NCBI GenBank assembly: GCA_001179505.1
Contig: CDMY01001045.1
Coordinates: 1 to 64,000 of the forward strand
Source of the DNA: Vitrella brassicaformis CCMP3155
Lineage: Eukaryota; Protista; Chromerida
Direction: 5' to 3'
DNA length: 64,000 bases
Numbering within the stretch: the first letter of the stretch is position 1; each line of letters starts with the position of its first letter. A program made the position numbers and the translations under genes. The notes under the pieces are model-generated. The model was given only the letters and a program-made list of their open reading frames with translations, did not search any database and was not told the origin of the DNA. This document shows, in pieces, positions 1 through 13,286 of the stretch.

Positions 1-257
1 GCGTGCTCGTTTGTCTGTTGCATTGGTGCGGGCTGCTAGCCTGTGTTTGAGGGGCGGGAGGCAGTCATGGCGTGGTGTTGGGGCGATGGACGGGGCTGGG
101 GTGTTCTCATCGGATGAATGAGCGTGCCCTTTGTGCATAGGCATATGTGGATAGATTCATGGAGGCGATTTGGACAAGCGAGTGCATGGATGCCATCTGT
201 CAATTATCTCTTGACGTCAATCAATCTTTTAGTGGACCAGGGGTTGCTGTCCTGTAG

Positions 258-1812
258 TGTGCGCGACTCATGGCCCGACTTGGTGCCCTCTAGCGAGGTA
301 CGCCAGAAAACTGTCATCGAAATCGGCTGTGAGCTCCAGGCAGCTCCCCAATTGACTGTCTCTGCCGACCCATGACTGCAGCCGGTCTATTGCTACAAGG
401 ACAGAACGCTGCGTGGAGAGTGGGAGATTCCAGAAGTCCATGGCAAGGACGCTTATGTCTTCCAGAAAGGGCAATGGCCCCTTCAGGACTACAGCAAGGC
501 GGTGCACAGGGAGCGAAAGGCAGCCCTGTACAACTGCACATATGGGAAGCTGCATCGCGTGAAATCTGCCTACCTCCCCGCAGTGACGCGTACGGACAAG
601 GTAAGCGCTTTCGAGGCTCGAGCGTCTTGCCGACTACATTTTGACCTCTCCAGAGTGACACACAATACCCTCCGAGTCGTGATGAAGACCGCTACAGAAT
701 CGGGGCTATCGCCGAAGGTGAGCATAGGAAACATGCGCCCAGCCACCTGGATGTACATGCTATTGTGACCCGCAGCCAAGAAGCGAGAAGGCAGTTACGG
801 TGAGCCTGCTTACAACGACGCTTATGAAATCGACGCCGAGAAGACTACCAACCGGACGTACACACCGCTTTTCGGCCGGTACGAGGATGGGATCGTTGTC
901 TTCGAGTACTCCCTCGGCATCTTCGATAGTCAAAGCCAGCAGGCACAGACGATGGCACGGATGAATGGGGTCACGATGGAGGCCCGCGAGGAACAGCCGT
1001 GGAAGGTCGAGGCTGTGATGACGTGCACGTAAGGAGACACACACAGAATGACGACCCAAAGTCACCTGTGTCTCTGTGTCTCTGTCATTCGCGGATTGGT
1101 GTCTTGTCTGGGCGATGGAAGGCTCCCGATATTGGCGAAATGCGCCACGACCAATGTGGGCTTCAAAAAATACAACATCGGCGCTCCAGGCGTTGTTCTC
1201 CCTGTTGAGGTGAGGCCGAGGGCCGAGAAGAAGAGCGAACCAGCCTGGCGTGAATGATCTTGCATGATGTCGTGTGTCGAAGAGGATTAAAGAATTCGAC
1301 ATTTCGGACGAGGAATCGACTTACTACAAGGACGAAGGAAAAACGAGGGAGCTCCGTAAGCCACGAACTGAGTAGTGGCGCGAGAGGAACGCAGGAAAGA
1401 TCTCTCTCTCCCTCTCCCTCTCCCTACGTGTGTGTGTGTGTGCGTGTATGTGTGTGTCTGTGCGTTTGCCAATGCAGGGCACCGTCCTGCAAAGATTGGT
1501 GACAAGGATGAGGCCTGGGCGCTGCACGCTCACAAAGACGCCATCGAGGATGCGCTGGAAGAATCGCCAACGGGAGAGATCCGAGGCACGAGGCCCAGGA
1601 ACCTCAAGAGAGCGGCACCGGAGGAGTCGTCGAGCGGCATGAGACCGAAGAAGATCAGCCGCTCCGCGCCGGTGGACAGCGGTGAGCCAGGTCTGTACGG
1701 ATACCCTCCCGCGCCCGGCTACGAGCAGCTGTCCCCGCTCACTACATCGCACCGGCCGATTCCACAGCCCCGCACTCCCAAACACGGCTACAGCCACGAG
1801 ACATCGGTGTGA
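258..1812 (+). CDS. Hypothetical multi-exon protein, probably 5'-partial
   Basis: Coding-like segments bounded by GT/AG: ~258-297 (VRDSWPDLVPSSE), ~381-600 (PVYCYKDRTLRGEWEIPEVHG...RTDK), ~776-1027 (AKKREGSYGEP...EAVMTC), ~1140-1209 and ~1478-1812 (GHRPAKIGDKDEAWALH...HETSV*). No family recognised. Confidence 0.5.
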
Positions 1813-2343
1813 GTGAGAGGAACACCCGCTCCCACCTGCCCGCTGACTCAGATTCGTTCTCGTTTCTTGTGTGGGAGCTTTCCTTTGCCGCCTGTTGACG
1901 GGCGAGGAAAGACACAGAGACGTGCGTGTGCAATGACGATGAGACATACGCATGGGGCAAACACATAGATGACACATCCCACCGCTGTCGACGGTTGAAC
2001 GAACGACTGAACGACGAGACACGTACCCAGCATGCCACACATTCGACACACCAACCAGGCCTAATGCAGAAAGGCCACACACGAAACGACAAGCAGCCAG
2101 AACTTACATGAGCACATGGCGTGCGCGTCTCTGCAGAAAAAATACAGATCGACTGCCACGACGATGTCTGCCGTCTATGCAGTGCGTGTGTATCAGCAAT
2201 GGTCGACGGAAGAGTCCCTTAAGAATGCGTTAGAGCTGCGAGGACGTGCAACGTTTCAAGCGTGGCGACGGCTTCAAAATTCATCCAAATCTCGCTTTCA
2301 CTCCATTTCGGAGCCTGGCACGACTCACCAGTGGCCATCCAGC

Positions 2344-3495
2344 ATGGGATCTGACGAGAATCCTCTGCCTCGTGTGTTGGTCTTCGCGTCGGGCACCAAG
2401 GACGGCGGCGGTTCTGGCTTCGAGAAGCTGGTGGAGAACGCACGGGCGGGGAAGCTGCGGGCCGAGATCGTCGGCGTCGTTTCCAACCACAGCGACGGAG
2501 GTGTCAAACAGGTCGGTCATCAGATGCGCATCACACGACAATGGACTAAGAAAAACATGCTGATGTGTTATCTGTGTGTGTCATCTGTGTTGATGCAGCG
2601 AGCAGATCGGCTTGGCGTCCCCTTCAAGCACTTCCCGCTGCCCAGGAACGGCGAGACCTACGCCGCCCTGCTGCGGGAGTTCAGGGCAGAATGGGTCGCT
2701 CTCTCTGGTACGTTTTTCGTACGTCTGTACACAACCGCAGCTGCCTTACGCGTGCGAGGTGTTTGTTTGGCTGGCTGGCTGGCTCTGTGTGTGTGTGTGT
2801 ATGTGTGCAGGTTGGCTGAAGCTGGTGTGTGTGCGCAACGACGAGAAGGGCACACCAGGAGTCGACCCGGCACGGACGATCAACATACACCCCGGGCTGC
2901 TGCCCAGGTAGGTGGGCGGGGATATGGGCGGGTGAAGGGTGGCTGGACGGCATCGGACACACGAACTGAACAAAACACCACAGAACGTCTGTGCGGTGTG
3001 TGTAATGTAATGGTGTGTGTCAGGTTTGGCGGCGCCGGAATGTACGGCCATCACGTCCACCAGGCCGTCTACGAGGCGTACCAAAAGGCAGAGGTGTGTG
3101 AGTGACTGAACCAGCGAAGAAAACGTGTTCTCATTCTGTGCCCTGCACTCATCTCCACCACCACAGGTGACAGAGGCGGGCTGCACGATGCACTTTGTGA
3201 CGGAAAAGTACGACGACGGCCCGACCATTTTTCGCACGACCGTCCCCCTCACCCCCGACGACACGCCAGACACCATCGCCGCCAAAGTCAATGCGGTCAG
3301 TCAGTGACCACACACATGCACACACACACACGCACACCCAACCGACCACTCTCCCGGCCGTGTGTGTGCGCGTGTGTGCAGCTGGAGCACGAGTACCAGA
3401 GCTATGTGACTGACCTGGTGGTCAACGGCGAGATCTCGTGGGACGGCAAATCGCGAGACTCTCTCCGGGTGCCGCCGGGGTACAAGTTCCTCTGA
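2344..3495 (+). CDS. purN: Phosphoribosylglycinamide formyltransferase (GAR transformylase, stand-alone PurN), about 6 exons
   Basis: Spliced translation gives RVLVFASG...EIVGVVSN...RADRLGVP...[25 protein letters not shown]...EAGCTMHFVTEKYDDGP...LEHEY. This contains the formyltransferase NxHP, HxV and DxG motifs. Confidence 0.93.
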
Positions 3496-4297
3496 ACGGC
3501 TGAAGGGGCAGTTTTCGTGTGATGTTTTTCCGTGCGTCGTGTGTTTTTTCTCTCGCCTTTAGTGAAGGCGCGCCGTAGGTGTCGACTCGATCGACGCATG
3601 CCATCCCGTCCATGCCTTGAATCGAATGTGTGCGTGTGTTATTGATCCCGTTGCAGTTTGGTGGGGGTTTTCGTCTCTCTTTTTTCGACGATTTCCTGTG
3701 CCATCAGCAGCGCGTGTCGTCGAACGATGCGTGCTGCAGGCGGTGGGGGATGCCGTCAAGAGAGAGGGGGAAGGAAGGAACACACATCGATGCTTCGTGC
3801 AGTGCAATGGGGGCGTAGCCAGCGAGGACGGTTGACTCGTTGACGGTATATCACAGTCTTGCGGCATGCACTGCTCGGCATGGATGGATGGATGACCCCG
3901 TCGCCCCCTCGCCCCCTTGCCCCGCACAGCATCACCACCCCACCCCACGCAGATCAACAAAACTACACAGTCCATTGAACATCTAAGAATGGGACACGCA
4001 TCAGCAGAGTAGATGGAGCCTGCCTGGCCGCCCATCTCCCTCTCTCTCTCTGTCCACCTGCCTGCCTGCCTGTCTGTCTGTCTGCCTGCATGTCTGGGTC
4101 AATGCGCCCCTTCCCCACGCCCAGCCTAGCGCTCACAGACAAAAACTGACCGCCACAGACATCAGACATCACTCACCAAATCAGGCACGACACACACACA
4201 GCGCCACACATCGAGGACACTCACACACAGATGAGCACCACTCACGGACATGCACCGCGCTCCCCCACCTCCCGTCCTCTCCTTATCTGTGTCTCAC

Positions 4298-7200
4298 TCA
4301 CTGGTTGCCCCCATTGCTGAACACCGGCAACGGCACCTTCTGTGCCACCTGCCGAAAGTTGCGGACGCCCGACAGGCTGGACGTCGACGCACTCCGCATC
4401 AAACCCATCGCAGGCCTACCATCAGCAGCAGCCTGGCCACCACTTGCTGCTGCCGCCGCTGCAGCCGGCTGCTGCTGCTGCTGCTGTTGTTGTTGCTGAG
4501 GATGATGCTGCTGTTGCTGATGGAAGTTTGAGTTCAGGACGAATCCGCCCCCAGCCACCATGGTCAGCCCGGCGGGTGCCCGTGAGGGGCCTGGCTGGGG
4601 GCGTGTGTCGTCCGGCGGGGGCCGGTGGGGGGTCATGAAACATGGCATCTGAGGGGGTGGCTGACAAGGGATGGACAGAGAGAGACGTACGACAATGTCT
4701 TGCCTGTCTTCTCTCTGCCTGTCTCACTCTCACTCTCTCTCTCTCTCTCTCTCTCACCGCATAGAAGGGGTTTGGGCGATGCGGAGGGTGAACAGGGAAG
4801 CATGGTAACCCAGGAGGCCAGCCAGAGCTCCCAGCACCCACACCCACACCAGCGCCAGCACTGGCACCCACACCCGCACCTCCATCGCCATTCCCAGCAG
4901 CCTGTGTGTGGTTGTGCGGGGGGTGGTGGATGACCGTCTCCCTGTCGCTCCCCTGGTCAGCTGCAGGGGCCGCAACGGCAGATGGCGGGGGCATGGGCGA
5001 TAGCTTGGGGTGGCGGCACGGGAAAATCGGGTTGAGGTACGCGTCCATCTGCGGCCCCTTGTCGCGGAGATCCAGGTAGTTGGCACGCAGCCACGTGTGG
5101 CCGGGGGTGAAGGGGTCCTCCAAGGCCTGCAGGCACATCAACAGACAGACGGGATGGCATGCCTGTGCACTGACTGGGTGCAGTGAGTGCGTGGTGGTGG
5201 TTTCATGTGTGCTAAGGCAAGGCACCCCTCTGGCAGTGGGCCTGTGGCTGGGGGTGAATTGGAGCAGGGCGCAGAGGAACTTCTGTGCGTCGTTTGGGAT
5301 CCTCACACCCTTGGTGGCTATGACGTCTTTCACGACCCTCTCGGGCCACCCTCGAGTGTTGACAATCTGAAACACCCTCTGAGAGAGAGAGAGAGAGAGA
5401 GAGAGAGCGCCACATCTCTCTGTGTCTCTGTCTGTGCCTCTGTCTGTGTCTGTGTCTGTGTCTGTGTCTGTGTGTGCTGACGTCTGGGGACGAGTGGCCG
5501 CGAAATGGGTTGTGGTTAAGGAGCAACTCAAACAGCAGTATTCCGATAGAGAATATATCCACCTCCTGGCCATACGGCTGACCCGTCTTGTTCACCACCT
5601 CGGGAGCGGCGTACTCGACCGTGCCGGCCATGCCACACCTGATATATACCACCCGAGCCACAAACACACACACACTATGGCAGTCGGTTGTGTCTCAACC
5701 CAACTGTCTGGCTAGCTGACCATTCCTCCCCCTGTTTTGCGGCCCATCCGAAGTCTGTGATCTTGACGGTGAGGAAGCAGCCTCCTTGATACCACTCCCA
5801 CGCACACATGAAGTTGTCCGGCTGACAGACACATGGATCAAGACACACCGACACACACACATGGAGGGAGGGAGGGAGGGAGGGAGGGGACACAGACATC
5901 GCATAGGTGTGGGTGGATTCATGGAGGCGGATGAGCTGAGCGCACCTTCAGATCACGATGGACGGCACCCCTGCAGAGGAGAGGAGACACCGGGCAGGCA
6001 CGCAGTGGGTGGATGCTCTCTGCGTGTGTGTGTGTGTGTGTGTGTCCAGTCTGTCTAATTGCTTACGCTTCATGTATAGCCGCCACTCCCTCCAGCACCT
6101 GCCCCACGAACCAGCACGCCAAACTCTGCGGAATGAACGGCGCCTTCAAGCCCGTGCGTGTCCTACACACAGACAACCACAACCACACACATCCATCCAT
6201 CCATCCACCCACTAGAGCACTTCCGTGGGTGTGCAGGGTGTGCCTACTTTGCCAGGAATGCGCCAAGGTTTTGGGGCAGGCATAGTTCCTGGACCATAAA
6301 GTAGTAGCTGTCCGGACGGCCGTGTTGGTGGCGGTCCTCGTGGGTTGCGATATACTCATACAGCCGCACCACGTTCCGGTGGTGAATCACGCTCTGCAAC
6401 TCTACCTCGCCATACAACTGCCCACGCAGACACACACACACACAAGAAGACACGCAATGCACACACACCGTGGCCTACTGCTCTCTCCCTCACTCCCTCC
6501 CTCCCTCCCTGTCGCCTTTTGGCCGACCTGGTTGAGCATGGACCGCTCGTGCAGCGGCTTGGTGGCGACCATCTTGATGGCCACCCTCGCCCCGTCGCTC
6601 TTGCGCGTGGCCTCCGACACCAGTGCATACGACCCCCACCCCAGCACCTTGGGGACGCACGTCAGACCGGGGGCCGGCGGGGCGTCACACGTGCTGCCCT
6701 CGCTGAACACATCGGCTGATGGGGTCTTCCAGTAACACTGAAGAGACAGACAGGGAGAGAGAGGTAAAGACATAATGGTGCTCTTGTGTGCTGTGGTGGA
6801 AGGGAGGAGGGGCCAAGGGGTGGCGGCGTTCTTACGTCGATTGCATATCGGTCAGTGAGGCTTTGTGGGAGCCTGCGAGGCAGCCGGGTGAGGCTGGTGA
6901 GCGTGGCGCCGTTAGCGTAACACGTCCCCCACATCTTCTCCTCGATCTCCGCACTCTGCACGAACCCCTCCCCCTCGCCCTCCCCCTCCCCCTCACCCAT
7001 GTACTCCGCCCACCCCCCTCCCTCTATATAGCCGTGATGACCACCGCCATGCGCATTCCAGCAGCCCCCCGTCTCCCCTACACATATGGGAAATGCCGCC
7101 GCCTCATGGTCAATGTGATCGCCACTGCCGTCAGTGTAAAAGCCGCCAGGGTCCCTGCCGTCTCCCTCCGGCAGCATGAAGGGAGGGACGGGCAGAGGGG

Positions 7201-8167
7201 GCGGAGGGGGCGGCTGGCCGGGCGGCACTCCCGCACAGTGCCAATCAGGCGGCCAGTCCGCAGCTGGAGCATACATCAGCTGCTGGGAATGTGAGCCGAT
7301 GCGATTGCGATCACTCTCTAGCACATCATCAGGATGCGGCAAGGGGGGGGGCGGCGGCGGCGGCGGCGGCCGATGGGGATACCCACAGTGGCCGTGGCCA
7401 CCATACACAGGGCCGCCCAAGAGAGGGGCAGGCATCTGGCGGCCATGAGACAGGGACATCTGTTCAGGTACTGGTGCGCGTGGCGGGGGCGGCGGGGGAC
7501 GTTGTTGGCGGTGTTGCTGATGCAGATTGGTCGGCAGCTTCGGCTTGGGCAGCAGTGGAAGGTTCCTGCTCGATTGCATAGGCGTGTTCGGTTCAGTTGC
7601 TGGTGGGGGAGGGGGAGGGGGCGTTGTGTCTGGTGGGGGTGGCGGCGGCTGATGCGGCTGATGGCACAGCTGCTGCTGGCGTGACCCCTTATAAATCGCA
7701 GGGCCGTTGCATCCCCCATTAGCAACAGCAGCAGGAAACGCGCCAAGAATCCCTTTCGACGTAGAGGCGGACGCGGCCGCGTTCTCGTGAGGCTGAGCCA
7801 TTCCCCACCGATTGTACCCATGATAGCGGGGGTGGGGCTGAGCATGATGAGCATGATGCTGAGCATGATGCTGAGGCTGTGGGCATGGGTTTGGATGGTG
7901 CAGCACGGCCCCTCCGGCTCCCTGCTGCAAGGCAATGTCCATCTGGTGCCGAATGGGCCTCAGCTTGCTCACGTTGGGGGGCCCTCTGGGCGGCTGCAGG
8001 ATGTGAGGCCGAGGAGAGGGGGAGAGAATGCCGTGGCCTCGTTCCTGACACCGTAACGCAGAGGAAGGCCTTCCGCCGGGGCTTCTGGCTCGGGCAGGGG
8101 ACAATGCCCGGTCATGGGTGTCGGCTTGGTGGGAGTTAGGCCCAGGGTAAGGATGTAGTGGCCTCAT
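4298..8167 (-). CDS. Ser/Thr protein kinase (Aurora/CAMK-like DFGW loop) with a long Pro/His/Gly-rich N-terminus and a polyQ/polyA C-tail
   Basis: Exons in order encode LGWGSYALV, VAIKMV, EVELQSVIHHRNVVRLY, VHRDLK|PDN (HRDLK exon ~5946-5971), KITDFGWAA, GTVEYAAPE, VDIFSIGILLFELL and RPTA. The first ~480 aa (ORF 6662-8167) are low complexity. Confidence 0.9.
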
Positions 8168-8255
8168 TCTTGCCTGCGTTCATCTGCAAGCTCAGTTTGG
8201 GGGTCACCAGTCGATTGGGGCCAGGGCCTGGGTTTCGAGTGAATACGCGGCTGTT

Positions 8256-8748
8256 TTGGCACTCTGTAATGAACGCGCAACGAATCGGCCACCGGTGACA
8301 CCTGTGCCACCGATGGGTGCGATGAGGCTGGCCTTTCTTCCCCTGGTGGGCGTGGCGAATGTGCGTTGCCAGGTCCAGGGCGAGAACCCGCCCAACGACA
8401 CATGGGCCTACATGGCCGGGGTGGTGCGCTCGTCACTCTTCCAGGTGAACGAACGCAGAATGGGACAGACAGAGCCACAAATTGCGCAGCCGCATGCCAT
8501 TGGCTGGCTGTCTGTCTTGTGTTGCTGGCAGGGCCTTGCTATTGTGGGCACGTTTGGGATTATCGTCATGCTCGCAAGGCGTACGTAGCAGTTGGGAGAC
8601 GGGCAGGAACCGGCATTGTGTGTCGAAAGATGGATGGATGGATGTGTGTGTATGTGTGTGTGTGTGTGCAGTGCGTCCGAAGGAGAGGAACCGCTACGCC
8701 GTCGCTGGCAATGCGGCTAAGGCGGCAAACAAAAGCCAGAGGGGGTAG
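8256..8748 (+). CDS. Small putative single-pass membrane protein (about 3 exons)
   Basis: A hydrophobic signal-like stretch (MRLAFLPLVGVANVRCQ) is followed by the exon GLAIVGTFGIIVMLARR and a final exon VRPKERNRYAVAGNAAKAANKSQRG*. It lies head-to-head with the kinase. The start codon is uncertain. Confidence 0.4.
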
Positions 8749-10612
8749 CCGATGGGTACACGGCCGTGTCAGATCCGTGCTGTGTAGAAAACAGAATACA
8801 CACAGATGACTTACTTCATTGTGTGTAAGAAAGAGTATGATGCGATGGACGCCTCAATCCCACCACCCCCATGGACACGCAATTCACGGTTGATTGGTTG
8901 GGCCAGCCATACAGACGCACAGGGCACACGAGTGCATGTCCCTCACGACGCACCAGGCCATGGATTGGACGCACACACAGGCACATGGGCTACCGTGATC
9001 CAGACAGACAGACAGACAGCCAGACAGACGGATAGACAGGGCCCACCGGCCGTTCGCCACGAACGGGGTGTGTGTGTCTCCGTCATCGAATTCAGTCATG
9101 GCTCCTCCCTCCCTCCCACCCTCCCTCCCTCCCTCCCTCTAGACTAACACCACACACACGCAGGTCTGTCTGTCTGTGTGCCTGCCGATGGCTGTCTGTG
9201 TCCATGGCTATCTGTGTCCATCCCCCTCTTGACCCCCTTACCCAGCCCTATAGTAGTGTTTCCTCCCGCCGTCCCTCCCTGTATGCTATCGACAGTTGAC
9301 GCACATGCCATGCAGGCTGCGCCGTAGTGGTAAGGCAGTGAGTATTATAGGGTATTATATAATCTCAATCAGTCAGTCAACAAGAAGATGGCAAATGGGT
9401 CAAATCCCTCCCCTCCCTCCCTCCCTCCCTCCCTCACCCTCTCCCTCTCGATGTGTGTGTACACGTGTGTGTGTGTGTGTGTGTGTGTGGTCTCGAGAGG
9501 AGTCAGTCGATCGACCAGCTAACCTTTGCATATGCGCCGTGTGGACGGCTCTGTCTGTGTGTGTGTGTGTGTGTGTATGATGCATGCTGCGTACTGGGAA
9601 GGGAAAACGATGGCAGCAGGCAGACAACATGCAGGCTACAAGTGTGGAGGGGTGGTGGGTAGGTAGATGGAAAGGATCTGTCTTCCATACCCTCCCTCCC
9701 CCACCCCCCCTCCCCTGCTCCTCTCTGATACCCAACCACCCACACTGTGCCTGCCGGAGCAGATAAGGGCAGTCGGCAGTGAGTAAGAAGCAATGGGTTC
9801 ATGAGGCAAATCGTCGAAAAATCACTTAGTAGGAGCCGCAAACATTTTCCACATGCATATATTCCATCCATCCATCCTTCCACAAAGGCATCGCTCTCTC
9901 TCTGCTGCTTGCTAGCAAAAGTGCTCGGCTGCCGATACCGACAGTATACCATGATAGGACGGACGTGCAGCCGATACGTCAAGGACATCACTGGTAAGAG
10001 CAAAGAGGTCAGCTTGAGGCCCTCTTTGCTCTGCCCCCTGACGCACCCGACGCATCGAGCATCAACACGCCCTACCGACCTGCCGTTTGTGAGCAGCACA
10101 GCCATTTGAGTGCAAGGCTCATGTCTGTCTGTCTGTGTTGCCACCCCGTCCGCCTACCCTCCCTCTCTGTGATTGTGGAGCCCTCGTATATGTGATGGGT
10201 GGCACACGATCGCGTGGACAGAAGTAAAGTGATTCGCCTCGGTCACGCCATCCAGACGCACAGCCCAGCCCACCCATCATCACGAAAGCCCCAATGTTCG
10301 TAGAGAAAAAGCGGTAGCAGCCAACACAACATGTGGATCTCTGTCTGTCTGGCTGTCTGTCTGTCTGTCTGGGTGAGATGTCGCCACACACCATCCCATC
10401 GGCCGTCATCAGCAGGCACACGATACAGGTAGAATGAACGGCCAAAGACGTGCAGGAACGCAGGAAGGCAAGGCATGCACACACACACAAGACAAACCTA
10501 GCTCGGCACACACGCCCACTCACGCAGAGAAACCCTATACACAGCAACCCTCCCCTCCCCGGCTCCCTCCCTCCCTCTATCGTACCAACAGCCGTCAACC
10601 GTCTCCCTCTAC

Positions 10613-11497
10613 TCATCCCTTCGCCACCCCAGCGAGCTTCCGCAGCACCTGCAGGTCGCTGCGGATCTCCTCCCCCGTCAGCACCACATTCGCCGGCGGG
10701 CAGACATAAAACCGCGTTGGTCTCTTGCCGGCAGAGCACTTGCCACGCCTCGCCCCACCACCACGGCCACGGCCACCGCCACCGCCCGGACGGTCAGGCA
10801 GGCTCACTCTCACGAACTCCTCGCCCTCCACCGTCACCATGCGACGCGTGACGCGACGTCTCAGCGGGCCGGCGGACGGGGGCGGGGAAGGGGCGCTGTG
10901 TGTCTGTTTGGCGGGTTTGGTGGGTTGACCTGGTTTGGCGGGCTGCTTCTTGGCTTTGGGCGGTGGTCGGAGCACGCGATTGTGTGTGATGTCACGGGCG
11001 TGGCTGTGGGGCCGCCGTGGGCGCCACTCGCCGTCGGCATCTCCCCCCTCATTGCCGCCGCCGGCATTGGCCATCTCGAGCTTGCGGCGTCGCTTGAGCA
11101 CGTCCAGGGGCACCTCGTCGCTGGTGTCGCCCTCCTCGCCACACACGGCTACAGCACCGCCTCCGCCACGACCGTTGCGCTCATATTTCGCCTCCGCCCT
11201 CCCGTCTGGCTGCTGCTGCTGCTGCTGGTGCTGATGGTGTGTGCGCTTCTTGCGGTCTCTGCGGTTGGGTTTGCTGTTGCTGTTGGATGGCTGCTGTTGC
11301 TGGTGCTGCTGTGGTTCTGACGGGGGGAGGGAGGGCAGCTCGTGGTCGAGATTGTATGGCGCACAGGGCATGTTGCAGAGGGCGTGGCGGGTGGCGGATG
11401 GTGACGGAGAGGGAGAGCGGTCCTCAACCTCCTCCCGCTCAACGACAACACTGATCGACACACACGCAGAGAGACGAGGAGAGAGAGAAATGGCCAC
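10613..11497 (-). CDS. Hypothetical low-complexity basic protein
   Basis: 294-aa uninterrupted ORF with coding-like codon use, polyQ and K/R clusters, ending in a possibly folded motif RFYVCPPANVVLTGEEIRSDLQVL. Confidence 0.55.
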   Translation of the reverse strand: MAISLSPRLSACVSISVVVEREEVEDRSPSPSPSATRHALCNMPCAPYNLDHELPSLPPSEPQQHQQQQPSNSNSKPNRRDRKKRTHHQHQQQQQQPDGRAEAKYERNGRGGGGAVAVCGEEGDTSDEVPLDVLKRRRKLEMANAGGGNEGGDADGEWRPRRPHSHARDITHNRVLRPPPKAKKQPAKPGQPTKPAKQTHSAPSPPPSAGPLRRRVTRRMVTVEGEEFVRVSLPDRPGGGGGRGRGGGARRGKCSAGKRPTRFYVCPPANVVLTGEEIRSDLQVLRKLAGVAKG

Positions 11498-11547
11498 TCT
11501 GATCTGATCCCTCCGTCGTGGGGGCGGGCGTTAGCTCTCTTTTCAAC

Positions 11548-13254
11548 TCACTCAGAAACTGTATGCGATGGTGACGACTTCAGGACAAACCCAATCACCC
11601 CCCCGGCCCCTCCCAAGCCCACAGGCTGCTGCACCATCACATTGCTGCTGCCGCCATCGGTCTGCATGTCCGCCACACGCGCCACCCTGGCCGCACCTAA
11701 CATCGGCACCCGCCCTCTACCGCTCTGCGCAATCAGCCCCGCCAGGCTCTGCTTGGGCTCCTCCAGGGAGCGCTTGACGCTCTGCATCCCTTCTTCGAAG
11801 ATCTGGATGGTCGCCATGAGCGCGCTGGCGCTGGGTGTCGTTTCGGTGCTGGTGCTGTGGGTGTAGGCAAAGGCCTTTGCGTGTGTGTGGTGCTGGTGCT
11901 GGTGCTGGTGCTGAGTCGTGTCGATGGTCGTGGCCTGATCCATGGACGACTTGGGTGAGGGCTCTTTGGCGTCGAGGATGCTGTCGCTGAAGTCGTGGCT
12001 GTTGGTCGGGGGGAGGATGGGCAGGTTGAGGGGGAGGGGGNNNNNNNNNNNNNNNNNNNNNNNNNNNNNNNNNNNNNNNNNNNNNNNNNNNNNNNNNNNN
12101 NNNNNNNNNNNNNNNNNNNNNNNNNNNNNNNNNNNNNNNNNNNNNNNNNNNNNNNNNNNNNNNNNNNNNNNNNNNNNNNNNNNNNNNNNNNNNNNNNNNN
12201 NNNNNNNNNNNNNNNNNNNNNNNNNNNNNNNNNNNNNNNNNNNNNNNNNNNNNNNNNNNNNNNNNNNNNNNNNNNNNNNNNNNNNNNNNNNNNNNNNNNN
12301 NNNNNNNNNNNNNNNNNNNNNNNNNNNNNNNNNNNNNNNNGTTCTTGCTGTCGGTGGGCTCGATCTTGACTGCGGCTGGCATGTGGGGCGCGCCGAACAG
12401 TCCATCAATGTCAATACCTAAACACACACACACACAGACAGACACACACAGAGAGACAGATTGAGAGAGGTACACGCCATCGATTGATTCCACACGCGCA
12501 CACACTCCCCCCTGACACACCTGCGGTAGATGTCCCATCCTCGGTGTCGTCCTCCTTCTTGACCCTAACCTCACCACCCCGACTCCCACTGCCGCCACTG
12601 CTGCCGCGCCACTCATATGTCTCTCTAGCACCACGGTACGGAAACGACCCCGCCCTCGAGCCGCCAACACCGCCGCCACCACCGCCACCACCACGGCTCT
12701 TGGCCGATGTGTGTCTGCTGCCGTTGCCGGCCTCTCGCTTTGCGTTGCGGATGTACTTCTCGCCGCCCTGCTGCTGGTGAAGGGCCGCACACAGCGGGTC
12801 GTCGGGGGCGTCAGCGATCAGACGGCGCCTAGACAGACAGCACACGAAATAGCCATTTAGAGGGGAAGAGGGGAGAGGCGTCGGTGTGGTGTGGTGTGGT
12901 GTGGTGTGTGTCGTTTACTTGAGCTTGGGCATGCGATTCTTGACGGCATTGTCGGTGCTGAAATCAGGATTGAGGGATTGACACAGGGACACCAGAATGA
13001 GGCACTCACTGCTGTCTTGTCTTGCTGTTTCTTTGTGTGTGTGTGTGAGAGGAGGGTCCCTGTCCTCTGTGGTTGATTGTCTGACCGACCGTGAAGTGAG
13101 GTGTGTGCAGATCTCCTTCCACTGGTTGCCCAGCACGAACTGCAGATGCACCAGCTGCAAATCCTCAGACAAATCCCAACCCTCTGACCCACTCGAGGAC
13201 GAACGACCAACACCTGGGATGTGATACACACACACACACACATCGTCACGCAGA

Positions 13255-13286
<32 letters not shown>

